Source: an uncultured cyanobacterium (GTDB lineage: Bacteria; Cyanobacteriota; Cyanobacteriia; PCC-9006; JAAUQQ01). Taken from it: a stretch of DNA of 64,000 nt. The stretch lies in the NCBI GenBank assembly GCA_963718615.1, contig OY970368.1, positions 3,136,001-3,200,000 of the forward strand, written 5' to 3'. Each line of letters starts with the position of its first letter. The first letter of the stretch is position 1. The position numbers were made by a program, and so were the translations under genes. Shown here one piece after another: positions 32,542 through 43,046 of this stretch. Below the pieces are notes generated by a model. That model had not been told where the DNA came from, did not search any database, and was given only the letters and a program-made list of their open reading frames with translations.

Positions 32542-33627
32542 CTATCCTAAGGGCGAAACCACTGAAGATTGCTGTCGGGGTACCTGCGGAGCCGCGATCG
32601 CCCCAGGTCTTTCTAAGCTTCTAGAAATCTCTGTTTCCAGCACTAATCTATCCCTCTTCAGCCTCTCCCAATTCAACGTCGAGTGAACAATCGTATCTAG
32701 CTGATCATACTGAGGCTGCCATCCTAGGATTTCACGGATTTTTTGCCCCGAGGCAATTACGCAAGCCGGATCACCCAAACGTCGCTCGGTTTCAATGACC
32801 GGAAAATCGAGGTCTGCGATCGCCTTCACCCGCTCAATCACCTGCCGTACGCTATAGCCTTGTCCATAGCCGCAGTTCAGAACCTGACTGGATTGACCTG
32901 CTTCCAAATAACGCAAAGCATCCAAATGGGCCGTAGCCAAGTCCTCTACATGGATATAGTCCCGAATCCCCGTACCGTCCGGCGTCGCAAAATCCGTGCC
33001 AAACACTCGCACCCCTGGCCGACGCCCCAGTGCCGCATCGCAGGCGACCCGGATTAAATGGCTAGCATTGGGGGTCATTTGACCCAGACGCTGCTCTGGA
33101 TCGGCTCCCGCGACATTGAAGTAGCGCAGAATCACATAGCGTAGCGAAGAAGCCTGGGCTAAATCCCGCAGAATCCACTCACTGGCCAACTTCGACTTGC
33201 CATAGGGATTGATCGGAACCGTTGGCGTTTCTTCGGTTACCGGATTTGTCTGAGGTTCGCCGTAAACTGCGGCTGTGCTAGAGAAGATGAATTGCTTCAC
33301 CCCAAAAACCTCACAACATCGCAGCAGATTTAGCGTATTGCGCGTGTTATTACCGTAGTAATCTAAGGGATATTGTACTGATTCTGGCGCGACTAAACTA
33401 GCGGCAAAATGCAGAACCGTATTGAACTGATATTGCGCAAACGTTTGATAAAGCCGATGCAAATCGGCCAGATCCCCTCGAATCAATTTTCCATAGAGAA
33501 CTGATTCTGCAAGCCCTGTTGAACAATTGTCGTAAACTATAATATCGTAGCCCGCTTCACCCAGTTGTCGAACAACATGGGAGCCGATATAACCTGCGCC
33601 ACCCGTTACTAAAACTGTTTTGCTCAT
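32542..33627 (-). CDS. galE: UDP-glucose 4-epimerase
   Basis: TGGAGYIGSH, FSSTAAVYG, PYGKSK, LRYFNVAGA, DGTGIRDYIHV. Confidence 0.93.
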   Translation of the reverse strand: MSKTVLVTGGAGYIGSHVVRQLGEAGYDIIVYDNCSTGLAESVLYGKLIRGDLADLHRLYQTFAQYQFNTVLHFAASLVAPESVQYPLDYYGNNTRNTLNLLRCCEVFGVKQFIFSSTAAVYGEPQTNPVTEETPTVPINPYGKSKLASEWILRDLAQASSLRYVILRYFNVAGADPEQRLGQMTPNASHLIRVACDAALGRRPGVRVFGTDFATPDGTGIRDYIHVEDLATAHLDALRYLEAGQSSQVLNCGYGQGYSVRQVIERVKAIADLDFPVIETERRLGDPACVIASGQKIREILGWQPQYDQLDTIVHSTLNWERLKRDRLVLETEISRSLERPGAIAAPQVPRQQSSVVSPLG

Positions 33628-35075
33628 CGACCTTTTCCCAAAAGAACAACTCGGATCGTTTTGATGACAATGACTAGGTCAAGCCAAAGCGAATAGTTTT
33701 TGATGTAATACAGGTCGTAGGACACCTTTTCATAGGCATCTTCAAGGGATGCACCGTAGGGATACATCACCTGAGCCCAGCCGGTAATGCCAGGTTTAAC
33801 GCTGTAGCGTGCCTGATAGTGGGGAATTTGCTGAGCTAGTTTTTCATCAAATTCAGGCCGTTCTGGACGGGGACCAATCAGGCTCATTTCGCCTTTCAAA
33901 ACGTTCCAAATTTGAGGTAACTCATCAATCCGTAGAATTCTCAACCAATGCCCCACTCGGGTAATCCGAGGATCTCGCTCACTGGCCCATTGGGCTCCGC
34001 GTTTCTCAGCATCTTGGTGCATGGAGCGAAACTTATAAACCAGAAAGGGTTTACCGTTGAGGCCGTTGCGGAGTTGGCTGTAAAATATAGGACCAGGGCT
34101 ATCGAGCTTGATGGCGATCGCCACCCCACCCATCAGCGGCAGCGCCAACAGCAATAAAGTTGCTGCCATTCCCAAATCAAAAACGCGTTTCGTTGCCGTT
34201 GCCAAACGACTATGAGCCAACTGAAACCCAGACCGAAAGGCAAACCAATCCGCCTCGACTAAACCGGGGGGAATCTTCCGCCAAAAGCGTTCGCAAAAAT
34301 CTGCCAAACTATAGATTGCTCCTCCCTTGAGACGAGTACGCATTAATTGCTGTTCCTGTTCAGAGGAGAGCGTTACCGTTGGGCTGACTAAAATACCGGT
34401 CCAAGAGCGATTGATAGTCGCACAATGGTGTAAGTTTTCCACTTTTGGAAACGGCCTAACGGAATTGAGGCCTGCATCATTGAGACCTGCATCATTGAGA
34501 CCCGCATCTTCTGGCTCAGGCATCGTTTGCGGATGATCCACAAACCAAGAAAGCTGCGCTTCCGGATTCCAGCGGGAAAAGGCGGTGCCAAATTGTGAAA
34601 GATGCTTAGCATCGGATAAAACCAGCCAACGCGATTGACGGGCTGCATTGGCCTGCCATTGGGATAGGAGCGATCGCATCGTCATCGCCCCAGCCACAAA
34701 CACCGACATTGCTAACACAAACAAATAGCTAACAATCGCGTCAGATACTATTGCTTGCAGCAGCAGCCAGCTCATCAGACCTCCAAAGACTGAGCCAAGC
34801 AAGGTCCGATATTGTAGCGATAGGCCTAATAAGGGACTATCGAAGCGATAGGTATCAAATAGATATAAAAAGGCAAAAATAATGAGAATTGGCCAAGAAA
34901 GCCCAGCTAGGACTGTCGGGCTGACATTCGGATGAATCGGATGAAACAGAATAAGCGAAACTAAAATACTCAAAAACCAGATACCTAAATCTCCCAAAAG
35001 AAGCTTAAATCGAGCAATGGAAGCATTGAGACTCCAAGACGAAGCCCCAAGCCAGTTCACAATTGGCTGTGTCAT
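33624..35075 (-). CDS. Priming polyprenyl glycosylphosphotransferase (WcaJ/WbaP-like sugar transferase)
   Basis: N-terminal TMs, KRVFD, KFRSM, DPRITRVG, DELPQ, GPRPE, KPGITGWAQV. Likely start is ATG 35075. Confidence 0.92.
   Translation of the reverse strand: MTQPIVNWLGASSWSLNASIARFKLLLGDLGIWFLSILVSLILFHPIHPNVSPTVLAGLSWPILIIFAFLYLFDTYRFDSPLLGLSLQYRTLLGSVFGGLMSWLLLQAIVSDAIVSYLFVLAMSVFVAGAMTMRSLLSQWQANAARQSRWLVLSDAKHLSQFGTAFSRWNPEAQLSWFVDHPQTMPEPEDAGLNDAGLNDAGLNSVRPFPKVENLHHCATINRSWTGILVSPTVTLSSEQEQQLMRTRLKGGAIYSLADFCERFWRKIPPGLVEADWFAFRSGFQLAHSRLATATKRVFDLGMAATLLLLALPLMGGVAIAIKLDSPGPIFYSQLRNGLNGKPFLVYKFRSMHQDAEKRGAQWASERDPRITRVGHWLRILRIDELPQIWNVLKGEMSLIGPRPERPEFDEKLAQQIPHYQARYSVKPGITGWAQVMYPYGASLEDAYEKVSYDLYYIKNYSLWLDLVIVIKTIRVVLLGKGR
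34466..34510. repeat. In-frame 15-bp triplication encoding DAGLN x3 inside the sugar transferase
   Basis: TGAG(G/A)CC(T/C)GCATC repeated at a 15-bp period. Confidence 0.8.
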
Positions 35076-35680
35076 ATCGATTTCCCTGCAATGCAATTAC
35101 ACAATTGGCTGTGTTTTTCTGTGGTTCAGAGATTCGGCTCAATACAGCAGATAGATTGAAATGAGAACAAATAGAGAAACAGAAAACCTTTTAGTAGAGG
35201 CATTCTGATTCGTTTCAATCTATGAACTTAATCAAACCCTAAGGTAGATAGGAATGGCATGAGTCCGATTAGGTAATCAGAGTCTCAGTCTCTTTGAAGC
35301 CTAGCAAAACTTTTTCTTTGATCTAAGGAGAGAAAATACTGAAAATCGGGATCTACTGAGAGCTTAAATCCGTAAGATTTACCAATTCCTACAGAGCTAC
35401 CTTCAGCAATCTCTACAGTGGATGTCCTATAGGTATCTACGAATATAGAACTAAGTTCACGGGTCTCTAATGGATCTGGCGGACGTCTATAGTTTTTCTA
35501 GTCTTATGGGAAAAATAAATTTATAGCAGGATGCCTACCCATCACGCTGCTCATCCTCAGCAAATCTCCGTATTTTTGCGAGGGAGGCCATTCCCTAATT
35601 TCTCTAGGGACAGATCTCCCTGTGGATATTTGATACAGCGTCTGTATGCTAAGCCCATTACATTTGCCGAACGGATTGCT

Positions 35681-37918
35681 ATGCAAAGCTTTCAATCTGT
35701 GGATTCCAGCTCAGATTACATCGATTTGAATCAATGCTGGAAGGCCCTCAAGCGTCGTTGGTTACCCGCAATCTGCGTGTTTGGAGCGGTCACTGCCATT
35801 GTTGGAGGTATAACCTCTCTACAGATCCCCATCTATGAAGCAGAAGGAAAGCTGCTATTTAATAAAAATAACCGAACCTCGTCTTTAGCAGGTCTCAGCC
35901 AAGAGGCTTCAGAGCTCAGTGGCCTCACGCAGCAAAGCAGTCCGCTCGATACCCAGGCAGAAGTGATTCGTTCTGTTCCTTTGGTCAAGCGAACGATTGA
36001 CAGTCTCAAATTGGTCGATCGCCAAGGTCAACTCATCCGTTCTGAGGCGTTTCTGAACAATTTAAAGATTAAGACCGTACGCGGTACAGATGTCTTGAGT
36101 TTGTCCTATCGTAGCGATGATCCCAAACAAGCGGCTGCGGTAATCAATACATTAATGTCACTGTATTTGGATAACGATATCATTACCAACCGGGCTGAAG
36201 CCAAAGCTGCCCGAAACTTTATTAATCAAGAACTTCCGGCAGTTGAAAAGCGAGTCGTTGCCGCTGAAGTGAATCTACGCCAGTTTCAGGAAAAGCATGG
36301 CATTGTGGCACTGGATGAGGAAGCCAAATCTGCCATTGGAGTCATTGCCAGTATTGAAAATCAGCTCACCCAGGCTCAATCGGCCCTCGCCGATGCCAGT
36401 CGTCGCGCCGCCGTCTTGCAACAACAGGTGGGCATGAACTCCCGAGCCGCAGTTGAACTGAGTAATCTCAATCAATCTGAAGGCGTCCAAAAGACATTAG
36501 CAGAATATCGGCAGGTGCAAGATGAGCTGGCTGTGGAACGCTTACGGTTCCAGGATACTCATCCAGCCATCCAACATCTCGTTCGTAAAGAAGCGGTCCT
36601 CCAGCAACAGTTGCAGGAACGGGTGGCTCAGGTGGTGGGTGCAGCTCCAGGCTCGGCAGAACCCTATTTGCAAATGGGGGCGACCAAACAGCAGTTGGCT
36701 CAAGACTTAGTCAGAACGGAAGCGGAGCGGCTCGGTTTAGCCGATCGCGTTGGTGCCTTATCCCGAGTGTATCAGGCCTATCGCGATCGCCTTAAAGTGG
36801 TGCCACAACTAGAGCAAACCCAGCGTCAGCTAGAACGAGAACTCAAAGCCTCTCAGTCCACCTACGAGCAGTTGCTGACTAAACTTCAGGAAGTTCAGGT
36901 GGTTGAAAATCAGAATGTGGGAAATGCCCGCATCATGGCTCAGGCGGTTGCACCGGAGGGAGCGATCACCCCCCAAAAAGCTCGAAATTTAGCTTTGGGC
37001 GGCTTTTTAGGGCTCACACTAGGAGCAGGAGCCGCACTGCTGCTCGATGCTCGGGACACTTCGGTGAAAACCGTTGAGGAAGCGGAGCGCGCCCTGGGAT
37101 ACACCTTGCTAGGTCGCATTCCTGAGTTACCCCCCGTTGCGACAGGTGCGACGGTGCAAGAATTACCGGTGCGGGATAACCCCTATTCACCCGCCAGTGC
37201 TGCCTACGAAATGCTACAGGCAACGCTAGATTTTGCGTTGCCAGATCAACCCCTCAAACAAATTGTGGTGACCAGTGCAGTTCCCGGTGAAGGCAAGTCG
37301 TCGGTTTCAGCGAACTTGGCGGTGGCGATGGCCCAGATGGGGCGGCGGGTCTTGCTGGTAGATGCGGATATGCGTCGCCCCCGCCAACACCAAATTTGGA
37401 AGGTTTCCAACTTTGTTGGGCTCAGTGATGTGCTGGTCGGTCGAGCAGAATTTAGCACCGCAGTCCGTGAAGTCCTGGTCAATGTTGATTTACTCTGTTG
37501 TGGCACCATTCCACCCAACCCCTCGGCCTTGCTGGGATCCCATCGCATGGCGGAACTGATGCTGGAGTGGAAGCAGCGCTACGACTGCGTCTTGATTGAT
37601 ACACCTCCCGTCACGTTTTTCCCGGATGCTCTCAAGCTAGGGAAAGAAGCTGGGGGGGTCTTACCCGTGGTTCGACCGGGAACGATCGAGACTAAAGCCG
37701 CAGCCAATATGAAGAACTTGCTTCAGCAAGCTTCTCAAAATGTGTTGGGAATTGTGGCTAATGCAACCCGTTCGGATAACGATTCAGAGAATTATCTGTA
37801 TCAGCATTCCTATTACTATCGTCAGCATGCCGTTGCACCGGCTGAGGCGTTGCGATCGCCCCAGTCCACCGAGCCCCCCGCACTCCCTAAAGCCAACCCT
37901 CGCTCTCGACAGAGTTAA
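35681..37918 (+). CDS. wzc: Polysaccharide co-polymerase / BY-kinase (Wzc/GumC family)
   Basis: Wzz-like N-terminus, coiled coil, Walker A GEGKS, DADMRRP, IDTPP, C-terminal Tyr cluster YLYQHSYYY. Likely start is ATG 35681. Confidence 0.92.
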   Translation: MQSFQSVDSSSDYIDLNQCWKALKRRWLPAICVFGAVTAIVGGITSLQIPIYEAEGKLLFNKNNRTSSLAGLSQEASELSGLTQQSSPLDTQAEVIRSVPLVKRTIDSLKLVDRQGQLIRSEAFLNNLKIKTVRGTDVLSLSYRSDDPKQAAAVINTLMSLYLDNDIITNRAEAKAARNFINQELPAVEKRVVAAEVNLRQFQEKHGIVALDEEAKSAIGVIASIENQLTQAQSALADASRRAAVLQQQVGMNSRAAVELSNLNQSEGVQKTLAEYRQVQDELAVERLRFQDTHPAIQHLVRKEAVLQQQLQERVAQVVGAAPGSAEPYLQMGATKQQLAQDLVRTEAERLGLADRVGALSRVYQAYRDRLKVVPQLEQTQRQLERELKASQSTYEQLLTKLQEVQVVENQNVGNARIMAQAVAPEGAITPQKARNLALGGFLGLTLGAGAALLLDARDTSVKTVEEAERALGYTLLGRIPELPPVATGATVQELPVRDNPYSPASAAYEMLQATLDFALPDQPLKQIVVTSAVPGEGKSSVSANLAVAMAQMGRRVLLVDADMRRPRQHQIWKVSNFVGLSDVLVGRAEFSTAVREVLVNVDLLCCGTIPPNPSALLGSHRMAELMLEWKQRYDCVLIDTPPVTFFPDALKLGKEAGGVLPVVRPGTIETKAAANMKNLLQQASQNVLGIVANATRSDNDSENYLYQHSYYYRQHAVAPAEALRSPQSTEPPALPKANPRSRQS

Positions 37919-38006
37919 GGCAAGGGCCAAACCTTCACCTCGATCGGTTGTTCGATTCAGCTTCGTTCAATAACGTTCTATGTTCTTAAAATCGTGAGGA
38001 TTTCCA

Positions 38007-38939
38007 ATGCCACACATGAGTGGGTGCAGTTTACCGATGCGATCATTTCGTTTAGTCCCGAGCTTTTTTCTGCCGTTGCTGTTACCCAGCATGGCGCAGG
38101 CGTTGCCAGATGAGGTGCCCGGAGCCCTAGCTTTTCCGGTGGAAGTCCTGGGTCAAACCTCTTTGCCGGATTCTTCCAATACCGTTGGTGATACCTTAAA
38201 TCCCAGCCAGGTTGAGCAGTTGCGCCAGGAACTTTTGCTGCCTCCAGTGGTGTTTCAGCCTCCGCGTGCGGCTTCTCCTGGTTCGTCTTTAGGGAGTCCT
38301 AGTGCCTTTGGGGCAAGATGGGGAACGGCGTTTGCGGGGATTTCCTATGCTTCTCAACCAGATAATGTTGATAAGGCCGATGGCTCAAGTGTGATTGGGA
38401 TGGGTTTTGGAGACCCGGTTGAAAGCCTAGGGTTAGAGGTAAATGTTGGCATTATCAGTTTAGCCAATGCCTTTGCCGACAGTGGCGCTGTGGGCTTTAA
38501 AGTGCATAAGGTAATCCCCGAAGCGGGAAATTTGGGCCTTGCGGTTGGCTGGTCCAATGCCTTGAGATGGGGGGATGCAGAGAAGGCTAAGGATACGATT
38601 TATGGCGTTGCCACCCAGCAATTTCGTTTACGACCTCAGGCAGACAATGAATTGCCCTTGACAATTTCGATGGGGATTGGCACAGGGGGATTTCGCTCGA
38701 AGGGGGCGATCGCCGCTCGGGACAACGCCGCTAATGTTTTTGCCAGTGCCGGTCTCAAAGTCATTCCTGAACTATCCCTGATTTCCAACTGGACCGGAAA
38801 TCAACTTAATCTAGGCGTTTCTACAGCTCCGGTTCGGCAATTACCGATGGTGTTTAGCTTAGGGGTTTCTGACGTGACAAACAACACTTCTGGGGGACCT
38901 CGCTTTTTGTTTAATGTGGGCTATTCGGTCAAATTTTAA
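38007..38939 (+). CDS. Putative outer-membrane beta-barrel protein
   Basis: Signal peptide (AQA), Gly/aromatic amphipathic strands, C-terminal beta-signal YSVKF. Confidence 0.65.
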   Translation: MPHMSGCSLPMRSFRLVPSFFLPLLLPSMAQALPDEVPGALAFPVEVLGQTSLPDSSNTVGDTLNPSQVEQLRQELLLPPVVFQPPRAASPGSSLGSPSAFGARWGTAFAGISYASQPDNVDKADGSSVIGMGFGDPVESLGLEVNVGIISLANAFADSGAVGFKVHKVIPEAGNLGLAVGWSNALRWGDAEKAKDTIYGVATQQFRLRPQADNELPLTISMGIGTGGFRSKGAIAARDNAANVFASAGLKVIPELSLISNWTGNQLNLGVSTAPVRQLPMVFSLGVSDVTNNTSGGPRFLFNVGYSVKF

Positions 38940-38941
38940 GG

Positions 38942-39640
38942 GTGTCTAATACCATGAATCAATTCTCTTTTGATCTGCCTTCGCTGGGCCGTTTGATTGG
39001 GGTAATGACCCTCAGCAGTACGGTTTGTAGTTTATGCAATGGTCTGCTCCCCAATAGCTTTACAACTCCGGCCTGGGCCGGAACCGATCCAGTCCAGGCC
39101 GGAGATTCTTCTTCGTCGGGTACGTTTGATTTTGGGCCAGATGCTTCAACCCCATCAAGAGAGGGAAGGGAAGGGGAGGCAGCAGTTCAAAGTGCGCTAA
39201 GCACCTTTGCTGAAGCGTTGAATGGTAGTGATTTAGGCGCGGCAGCTCAAAAAGCCTTTAGTACACCTCCGGCTTCAAAAAACCAGATTTCCAACACGGT
39301 TGCGGCAATCAAAAAGGGAGGTGATCTAGCAACCACCATCACAACGAATGGGGGAAGTGAAGCTACTGTTGCCCTTGCCACAGGGATGGTGGCAGTCCTG
39401 GGGAGCGATGCGTCCCCCACCGTGGCGGCGGCGGTAGCCCAGGTAGCGCTCAGTCTTCAAGGACTAACGACAGGGACGACGATTAATGGAGCACAGCTCG
39501 CCGCCGGAGTGGATGCCTTCAATGGGCTCGTCGATGCCCTCAGTAACGACCAAGTGATCAGTGCTGTCAAGAGCAGTGAACTACAGCAGCTCAGAAACGC
39601 CTTGGCGAGTTTGGTCGTGGCCTTGTCTCCCTCGCCCTAA
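38942..39640 (+). CDS. Secreted Ala/Ser/Thr-rich hypothetical protein
   Basis: Signal-like region ending PAWA. Starts 2 bp after the barrel gene. Confidence 0.65.
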   Translation: MSNTMNQFSFDLPSLGRLIGVMTLSSTVCSLCNGLLPNSFTTPAWAGTDPVQAGDSSSSGTFDFGPDASTPSREGREGEAAVQSALSTFAEALNGSDLGAAAQKAFSTPPASKNQISNTVAAIKKGGDLATTITTNGGSEATVALATGMVAVLGSDASPTVAAAVAQVALSLQGLTTGTTINGAQLAAGVDAFNGLVDALSNDQVISAVKSSELQQLRNALASLVVALSPSP

Positions 39641-39662
39641 ATCCTCACCCTAAACTTCTTTC

Positions 39663-41180
39663 TTAAACCTCCAACACCACCCGATCAACAGGCCGAGCAA
39701 TGCAGGGCAAAATTACCCCATTGGCTTGGTCTGTTTCGCTGAGCGCGCGCGGTTCATTGCGATAGGTCACGCTGCCAGAGCAGAGGGTTTGTTTGCAGAC
39801 GCCACAAACGCCAGAACGACAGGCATTGGGAATCGCGATCGCCGCTGCTTCGGCTACTTCCAAAATCGAATCTTCTCCCGAACAATGGATTTCCTGCTCG
39901 GAGGCAGAAAACACAATGATGGCACCCGCATTGGGGACCTCTAGATCGGATTGACCACCATTGGTTACGAGGGAAGATTGAGCATTTTGAGCCTTAACCG
40001 ATGGGCCACCAAAGGACTCTTCGTGATACTGAGCCATTGGCAATTGTAGGTCTTCCAACAGTCTTTTGGTTGCGGCCATGAAGCCATTCGGACCACAGAC
40101 GTAGACTTCGCGATCGCCAAAATCCGGCGCGATCGCCCGCAGCATCGCCGCATCGAGTCGTCCTTGATAGCCAAACCAAGACTGGCCGGAGGGCGATCGC
40201 GTCAGCGTAATCGCCAACTTAAATCGAGACTGTTGTGCAGCAAACTGCTCTAACTCCTGGCGATAGACAATATCTTGGGGATCACGGGCGCTGTAGACAA
40301 ACACAATGTCAGTGGTCAGGGCATTGTCGAGAATCCAACGGGTCATGGACATCATGGGAGTAATGCCACTTCCTGCGGCAATGAGCAACAGCTTTTCTGG
40401 CGGGGTTTGTGTACAGCTAAACTCGCCAAAGGGTCCGCTGATTTTCAGGGAATCCCCCACCTTAAAATGGTCATGGAGCCAATTGGAAACCAAGCCTGCG
40501 GGAGCATCGGGAGACTCGGGCGGTGCGGGAACGCGCTTCACACTAATTTCCAAGAGATAGGGCCGTGACGGTGAGGAAGAAATTGAATAGGAGCGAACCA
40601 CCGGCTGACCGTGAATGGTGAGATGTAGGGTGACAAATTGCCCCGGTTGATAGTCAAACCAAACCGCTGGTTCTGCGACAAATCGAAAGGTTTTGACCTG
40701 ACTCGTTTCAGAAATGATTTGCACGCAGCGAACCTCTAAACTACTCTCCGTCCAGGGTCGTAGGCGTTGACTGGGTTGCAACTCCGCGAGAGCCAAAGTA
40801 GGGAGACTCAAGTCACTGGGTTCTATCGGTTCTAATTGAATTGACTCCACGACGAGTACAAAATTGCAAATTCGCAGGATATCATCTGGCTTAAGCAAAA
40901 CATCCTGTGTTGGCAGCAAGACCTCATTATGCAGCCGCGAACCATCGGTGCTGCCTAAATCCGTAAACCAGTACTGACCCTCCCGATAGAGGATTCGGGC
41001 ATGGACGCGACTCACATCCGGGCTATTCAAAATCAGATCACAACCAGGCGTTCGACCAATCATACATTCTCCCAATTTCTGGCCCAATTTCTGGCCCAAT
41101 CTTTGGGGAGAAAAATCGAGAACCTTCTCAAAAACTTCGTGGGTTTCGTAGTTGATGACTTTAAGCATTAACATGAGCAT
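39663..41180 (-). CDS. FHA domain + FAD/NAD(P)H ferredoxin-reductase + 2Fe-2S ferredoxin fusion (Hcr/PaaE-like reductase)
   Basis: FHA IGR/SRVHA/DLGS, RSYSISS, GLVSNWLH, AGSGITP, YVCGP, EESF, CRSGVCGVC...C. Confidence 0.88.
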   Translation of the reverse strand: MLMLMLKVINYETHEVFEKVLDFSPQRLGQKLGQKLGECMIGRTPGCDLILNSPDVSRVHARILYREGQYWFTDLGSTDGSRLHNEVLLPTQDVLLKPDDILRICNFVLVVESIQLEPIEPSDLSLPTLALAELQPSQRLRPWTESSLEVRCVQIISETSQVKTFRFVAEPAVWFDYQPGQFVTLHLTIHGQPVVRSYSISSSPSRPYLLEISVKRVPAPPESPDAPAGLVSNWLHDHFKVGDSLKISGPFGEFSCTQTPPEKLLLIAAGSGITPMMSMTRWILDNALTTDIVFVYSARDPQDIVYRQELEQFAAQQSRFKLAITLTRSPSGQSWFGYQGRLDAAMLRAIAPDFGDREVYVCGPNGFMAATKRLLEDLQLPMAQYHEESFGGPSVKAQNAQSSLVTNGGQSDLEVPNAGAIIVFSASEQEIHCSGEDSILEVAEAAAIAIPNACRSGVCGVCKQTLCSGSVTYRNEPRALSETDQANGVILPCIARPVDRVVLEV

Positions 41181-41259
41181 TCACCGGGGGTAGATCACAC
41201 GACTCAGTCAGATAGATTTAACCAGATAGATTCAACAGGGAAACCGCTCAGAAAAACCG

Positions 41260-43005
41260 CTAGCGATCGCCGCGTCTCGCTCGAATTTGAGTCGCTGGAA
41301 ATTGCTCGGCTCCCGCCCGAGGCACACGAATTTCAGTTTGGGCTAGGGCAGCTGGTGCGAAAAAGAAGGGGGCCATAGTCAACGGCTCAATGGCCTGGAT
41401 CTCGCCTAGAATTTGACTATGTTGCAGTTCGGAAATCTCTAAACTGGCCCGAAGCTGTTCGAGCAACTTTAGGCTAGTTCTGGAATTGGCAAGACCGCTG
41501 GCAAGGGCATCTTGAAGAACCCCCCGATAGATTTGCAGGCGATCGCGCTGGGTCGCCAAGGGCAAGGTTTTTGCCAGAACATGAACCTCTGCGGGACTCA
41601 GATGGGCTAGCGATCGCTGACCCAGAATATCGCTAAAATCAAGGTTAAGCTTTTGCAGTTGACGACGCAGTTTATCGGCTAAACTCTCTTGCTCATAACG
41701 CTCGGGATTGCGATGCCAGACCCGACAGAGCCAAAGGATACTCACACTAGCAAGGATAGCTTGAAACCCTAGTTGAACAGGCATCGACCACCGTAGAACT
41801 TCGGGCCTTCCACCGTAAATAAAGAAAATATTGAAGGCCAAAAAGGTACTGATCGAAAACATCTGATGACGCAGTACTTCTCGGCTTAAATAGGGAGCCG
41901 ATCGCTGTCGCCATTGCCGATAAATCATTTCCCCATTAATTCCTAAAGCATAACCTAACCCTGCAAATCCAGCGAGGGTTAACGGTGCTGCTAAAACCTT
42001 GGGAATATTGAGGCTTTGACCCGCCAGATAAAAGCCAGGATGGAGCAGGGTTGACAGCGGATCAGCCTCATGGCTCCATGCGCCTGAAAAGTAGTATTTC
42101 CAGTTCCCTGCATAAAGATAGTAGTACAACAGATATCCCACTACTAATCCCAAGTAACCATACTGCACCAGCCGTCGTCCGGGGTGATTGAGTGCTTGCC
42201 AGTAGGTCTTTTCAGAGTCAATATCTAAGCAAGGGGACTTGCAACCAATACAAGCACTTTGAACCGTGTCCGCCGTTACCGTACGGCACATCGACTGGGT
42301 GAGACTCCCAGCGGGTGCCAGATGGGCCTCACTGCCCAAAAGGCCTCGGGGTCCTGTAAAAACGGTTTGTACCATGCCAAAGGGACAGATGTAGTGGCAC
42401 CAGCTTCGTCCACCGTAAAGGATAACCATGGCGATCGCCCCTAGAATCGTCAATACCAGAAAGCTTCCTAGGGCAACCCGGTTAGAATTAACTAGCAAAA
42501 TTCTGACATTTAGCCCTAAAAAAAACAGGCCAAATTGCACATAGAAATGATTGCGCTGGAGCCATTGATTCCGATGGATATCCAACAGCGGTTTGAGCCC
42601 TAAAGCACGCGGAATCTGAGACATGAAATAGAGGGGACAGATACGCCGCCAAACTTCATGCCCAAACACCAAGACAATAAAAAGGCCACTGGGAATAACC
42701 ATACCCCAAAAAATTCGAGTGGCAATGGGATAGGGAGCTTGTTCTAGGCAAACATTCTGAACTTTCACACAGGTAGCCGGATCCAAGGCCTGGGCAATTA
42801 CCATATCTCGCATCGGGCTGCCCTGGTTTTGGGGATCAGTCCAAAAGGCAGAAATGGGGTCATAGAATAAGGAAGCAATCAGCACCAGCCATCCAATCGC
42901 TAGGCCCCAGCGGACCAGATGGAATCTTTGTTCAGTGGTTTTGGCAGATGTGATTGGGGTAGACGTGTCTTGGGTAGACGTGGCTTGGGTAGACATAGCA
43001 GGCAC
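41260..43005 (-). CDS. Polytopic membrane 4Fe-4S-binding protein (Fer4_5; NapH/FixG-like motifs)
   Basis: WRRICPL, WCHYICPFG, CIGCKSPC, multiple TM helices. Confidence 0.8.
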   Translation of the reverse strand: MPAMSTQATSTQDTSTPITSAKTTEQRFHLVRWGLAIGWLVLIASLFYDPISAFWTDPQNQGSPMRDMVIAQALDPATCVKVQNVCLEQAPYPIATRIFWGMVIPSGLFIVLVFGHEVWRRICPLYFMSQIPRALGLKPLLDIHRNQWLQRNHFYVQFGLFFLGLNVRILLVNSNRVALGSFLVLTILGAIAMVILYGGRSWCHYICPFGMVQTVFTGPRGLLGSEAHLAPAGSLTQSMCRTVTADTVQSACIGCKSPCLDIDSEKTYWQALNHPGRRLVQYGYLGLVVGYLLYYYLYAGNWKYYFSGAWSHEADPLSTLLHPGFYLAGQSLNIPKVLAAPLTLAGFAGLGYALGINGEMIYRQWRQRSAPYLSREVLRHQMFSISTFLAFNIFFIYGGRPEVLRWSMPVQLGFQAILASVSILWLCRVWHRNPERYEQESLADKLRRQLQKLNLDFSDILGQRSLAHLSPAEVHVLAKTLPLATQRDRLQIYRGVLQDALASGLANSRTSLKLLEQLRASLEISELQHSQILGEIQAIEPLTMAPFFFAPAALAQTEIRVPRAGAEQFPATQIRARRGDR

Positions 43006-43046
43006 CTCTTTCTTGACTCCAGTGTTCTGGAGGATGAGGGCTGGGG

